Of a DNA stretch of 64,000 bases, positions 59,800 to 64,000 are shown piece by piece. The first letter of the stretch is position 1, and the number at the start of each line of letters is the position of its first letter. The position numbers and the translations under genes are program-made. The stretch lies in contig OZ365119.1 in assembly GCA_977030845.1 (NCBI GenBank), positions 8,122,001-8,186,000 of the forward strand, written 5' to 3'. This stretch comes from Fimbriosthenelais zetlandica (taxonomy: Eukaryota). Below the pieces are notes generated by a model that was not told where the DNA came from, searched no databases, and worked only from the letters and a program-made list of their open reading frames with translations.

Positions 59800-60546
59800 A
59801 CTGGGAAGCTTCTCTCAGAGGCAAAGACACATTGCAATGAGTTAACGTTTAGAATGGATTACTGTAATGAGGGAACTTTTGAGTGCAATATATCAATGAT
59901 GGAATCATTCAGCAGACCTGACACAGGACATCAGGCTTGTTGACAAACAAACATAATATATGACTGCCTTCTATAACATTTTTTTTATCTGAGTAGAGAT
60001 ATGTGTATCGTTAGTAATAGCATCACTGTTGTACCTAATCAATGTATCCTATATAGCTTTCTCCTTATAAATTTAATGTATATAATAGCTGTCCATTATA
60101 TATTATAGTTGTGAGGTTAAATTTCGTGAATAAACTTTAGGACAGAAAAGTACCACTATTTCCCCTTAATGCTTTTATTGATAACTTCACTTCTTTACCA
60201 TTTTCTTCTTGGAATATAATATGCGGTCAATGACCTCTCTTGTTTACTATGTAAGGAGTAAATCAACATTTGGAGTGGGTACATGAATGTTCTCTTCCTT
60301 TTGAGCATCTCTATTGACTATCGTTGGGATCAGATCAATGGTATGCACCATTTCCATGGCAGCTGCATGCAGGACAACAAAATACAATCTATAGAATACA
60401 AAAGATTCCAGCAATACGTACAATGGATTTTTATGGCCAAAGAAGTTCATTACTTTTGAACAGGTATGACCTACACTGTTCATGGTCGCTCACATATTAA
60501 TAATTTGACATCCTGATTATGACCATCTTTTTTTTAATTTTCAGTG

Positions 60547-63109
60547 ATGGAAGGACCGCTGTTTGGGCTGCTGCTGGTGGGAATCACATTGTGTATAGTG
60601 TCTATAAGTGAAGGTTTGCTGCTTGATAATGAAGAGCTAATGACAGCCTACATGAACTGTACACAGAAATGTGAGAAGTCATCTTCATGTAGACAAGCTA
60701 CCTTCCTCACCTCCACCTCTACCTGTCTATCCTCAGGTAGGTCTATAGGTTATCCCTGCTATTCAATCAACTGTGCTCCCTCACATCCAACAACCCACTA
60801 AACTGACCACTCCCTTATACCGACCATTTTACTCAGCCCCAAAGGTCCCAAAGGTTCTGTTTTGGAATGTAAATTCCTGCCCAAACATTCCTACTTCAGC
60901 TATCAACTTTAGCCTTCCTTTTAACCAAGAGTAATTGAATTAACTGAACCTTTTGTTGATGTTGGATTATATATGTGATTGTAGTGGACGGAGCATGGTC
61001 GCCGTGGTCGAGCTGGCAGCCATGTTCAGCTGAGTGCGGATCGACTGGCTTCCAGGATCGCACTCGGACCTGTTCAGACCCTCCTAGACAACATGGAGGT
61101 ACGGATTGTGATGGGCTGACAACAGAGCAGGCGGCCTGTATTAAGCCTTACGGTTCCTCCCCGGACTGCCCAGCCAGTAAGCCGTCTTTATTCACCAACT
61201 TTCAGCACTTAATGTATTCTTTTTCACTCTTTTGACTGTCCCTGTGTGCATTTTGCAGCGTGGACAGAGTGGTCGTCCTGGTCAGACTGCTTGGCGGAGT
61301 GTGGAGGTAATGGGGAGACACAGAGACAGAGACAGTGTCAGGGTGGGACGGACTGTCAAGGCAAATCAACAGAAACACAAAGCTGTCAAAGACCATGGGG
61401 ACTCAACGGTTGCCCAGGTAGGACCAAATCGATCTGGAGCCTGTTTCATATCAAAAACAACTCATATTTATTATGAAACATCCCCTCTATTTGTCATCTC
61501 AGTGGACATTTGTCCAAAAGTAACTTTCACATACATGCTCTGTTGAGGAAATTCTTTTGGATTTTTATTCAGAGATTGCTAAGTACACACATCTTTTATT
61601 CTCATAATATTATAATTGTTGGTTTTATATAACAGATGCCTTCTATAGAGTCCGCGTGGTGTCTGAGGGAGGACCTGAGGACAGTTTGGATCCTGATTCA
61701 CCGCTGGTCGATCTACAGAGTTCCATGTTTTACATCCGGGACATCGCTGTGTCTGAAGCGACGAGACAACCTGGTCTCAACGTCGTGGTGCTGGACAGAG
61801 CGTCAGGAAACGTCACTGACACCAAGGTATAGAGGCTCATTGCTGCTCATATCTGTCCTACTTTGACGTTGATTCTTTTTTCATGCTTTGAAACTTGTAA
61901 CAGAGGCTGGGAACAAAGGGAACGGTTCCTTCTACGAAAGTTCTACGAAATGTCGCCATGAGTGCCAAGCAAACCAGTTTTGTTCTCTCTCGAATAGTGT
62001 TGATCCAGATGCTTCTTAGATTTTGGGATTGCCAGGATATATTTGACACATACATTGTTGCAATGGTGACCTATATATACCCTGCCTTATAGGCGTGCAA
62101 CGGGATCAGCCCCATAATTCACCTCCAAGTAGAAGCTGTACAGAAATGGCAGAATACTTGACATAATTTGATGCCGTTTGATGCAGGTGTTTGCTGGGGA
62201 CGAGCTGTCAAAACCTGATGATGTGTTGACACCGTGGCTGGAGGCGGTGCCTGCTGACAGTGTCATACTGACAGCTGTTTTAGATGACGCTGGAGACTGC
62301 GGTAAAGACTGCATGAATGTATGGCAGACATTTGGTGCCAAGAAAAAGAGTCTGGGCTACCGAGGTGAGACTTCAATGACTAACATGGAAGCTGCTATTA
62401 GAGAAGTCTTGGGTGTAATGATGTGTTTTTACAGGCTCAGTTTACCTTCCTCATCAAGAATATGCTATGATTTATCCTATCAATCACCATACTAGTGTGA
62501 TTTTAGTTACGATCGCAAGATCTAGGTCTGCATGTAAGCCGGTGTGGGACAGTATCTAGGGCAATGAAGGCCACGAAGGCCCTGCACCATGGTGTGTTGT
62601 GTTGTATGCTGTTTTCATGTAAACAAACAAATCTCGTCCAACTTTTATCAGTCAAATACGCAATACATCATTGTTTTATCCACACATATTGTTTCCTTTC
62701 ATGTTGATGGTTGATATTAGCCAACAAAAATTAATAGGATCGATTCATTTCTCCCAAGACTTCTGTTAGAGCAGCTTTAAAATTTCAGTTTTGGAGCTGT
62801 TTTGGTGTGTCGTCTTTTGAACACCTTTTTGGTCTACGGTATTATTGTGGAAGTTTATCTGGTTCTGGAATCTAACTGAATTTTACTTCTAAACTTACTA
62901 ATATAAATGTAAATATTTAAGGCACACCATGCACTGTTTCTATCACAGATTCCTATGCACTCATCGCTTATAAAGGCTGGGGCTGTGGCTGGAGCAGTCA
63001 GCCATCTTGGATCCAGGAAGATCATGAGCCATATCCTGGCTCTAACCATGAGTCCATGACGCCTTATGTTGACGTCTCCTCCTATATCCAGTCCATCTGT
63101 GATGCTTGA
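60547..63109 (+). CDS. Secreted protein: signal peptide - PAN/apple-like - TSP1 x2 - ILEI/PANDER (FAM3/GG) domain, 356 aa, 6 coding exons
   Basis: Join 60547-60736, 60985-61176, 61259-61417, 61636-61826, 62187-62364, 62949-63109 (1071 nt, all GT-AG, phases consistent). TSP1 motifs WSPWSSW.PCS..CG and WTEWSSW..C...CG. GLNVVVLD..SG.V.DTKVF...LDD...LGYRDSYALI..KG matches FAM3C GINV...TG.VLDTKYF...YDD...LGFRDNWVF..KG. Confidence 0.92.
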
Positions 63110-63178
63110 ACACACTTAAACTAACCTAAAACAACATACACTAAGCCTATACATTAAGCGTTACGTTATGACAATCAC

Positions 63179-63184
63179 AATAAA
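63179..63184 (+). terminator. AATAAA polyadenylation signal of the TSP1-ILEI gene
   Basis: First AATAAA after the stop, 70 nt downstream. Confidence 0.5.
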
Positions 63185-63187
63185 GTA

Positions 63188-64000
63188 CTAATCGCTGTTT
63201 TTGCTTGCTGTGTCGTCCTTGTCTGGGCCGTACAGGGAGCTGTTGAAGTCGACTCGGCTGGAGTCGGAGCGTTTGAGAGGGAACATAGTACGTCTGTTCT
63301 TCCTGAGGGGAGAGGCTGGTGCCCCACCGTTAAAATCTGTAAAATATACACTTAAATGAGTCAGTGTGATAGGAAATTGAATGTGACATTTCAGCTCTAT
63401 TCGCCAAAGGCTCAGGTTTAGAAAAGCTATTGGGAAAACATGAGAAAGGGAGAGAGACAACTGTTGGGATTTTTCGTTCTGAATACACTTTGGAAGTAAA
63501 GGTGTAACTTGTAAATGATGTAAAGTAAAGGACTATGTACTCACAGTGAACTGTTAGCTGTGTGGGTCGGGGAAACAACTCTTTTTTCCGTGAGAATTCC
63601 TTGCCGTTCAACGAAGTAAGACTGTTCCAGTATTTGGGTTCTTCCTGTGACATTCTCGACTCATGCTCCGAGTAGAACACTCCTGACGCTGAGACAGAAA
63701 CATGCAATTGACAGAATATGCCCAATTTCAATCTGGAAATTCAGCTGCTGAGTTGTCAATCACACCCACCTTTGGTTGGCGATTCCACCAGTTTTTTGGG
63801 TCCTCCAAGTTTGCTGGGGAGTTCTACCATCTGTGCAGACCAAGAAGCATTGTCAACAATTTCCTATGTTGTATGTTTAGCTTTTGTTCATATTCTGTTT
63901 AGTAAAATAGAATATTCAATAGTTGATGTTGGCAGAATTAGCCTACCTTAGCTCTGTCCACAGAAGGTAGGAGTCTTGGCCCACACTCATCTGGTTCATC
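63188..64000 (-). CDS. 3' end of an unidentified gene (4 exons, low-complexity C-terminus), continues beyond the window
   Basis: Join 63947->64000, 63770-63830, 63545-63688, 63188-63336, GT-AG with phases 0, 1, 1. Reads DEPDECGPRLLPSVDRAK|MVELPSKLGGPKKLVESPTKA|SGVFYSEHE...QLTVHY|FNGGAPASPLRK...SKNSD*. No domain recognised. Confidence 0.75.

Overview
Animal genomic DNA, probably an invertebrate, from a gapped assembly (two N gaps). It has short GT-AG introns and many (CT)n/(GA)n tracts. All gene models were spliced by hand from the sequence, and every family assignment is motif recognition from memory, not a database hit. (1) 1343-10987 minus: a complete 14-exon, 732-aa type I membrane protein with signal peptide, 6 EGF repeats, 3 plexin-type IPT/TIG domains, a TM helix and a 5-aa cytoplasmic tail. 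Its introns hold a 2.1-kb Ginger2-like TIR element, a 264-bp MITE and a 21-bp minisatellite built on a splice acceptor. (2) About 11.5-54 kb: no recognisable protein gene, only degraded repeats, purine/pyrimidine tracts, a foldback array, promoter-like islands and candidate micro-exons of unknown transcripts. (3) 55.7-64 kb: a compact gene cluster. On the plus strand are an Mpv17/PMP22-family gene, a divergent ninjurin and a secreted PAN-like-TSP1-TSP1-ILEI/PANDER protein. On the minus strand is the 3' end of an unidentified gene whose stop lies 78 bp from the ILEI gene stop. The most novel-looking items are the tail-less EGF-plexin-stalk chimera with two tandem furin sites, the divergent ninjurin and the TSP1-ILEI architecture.
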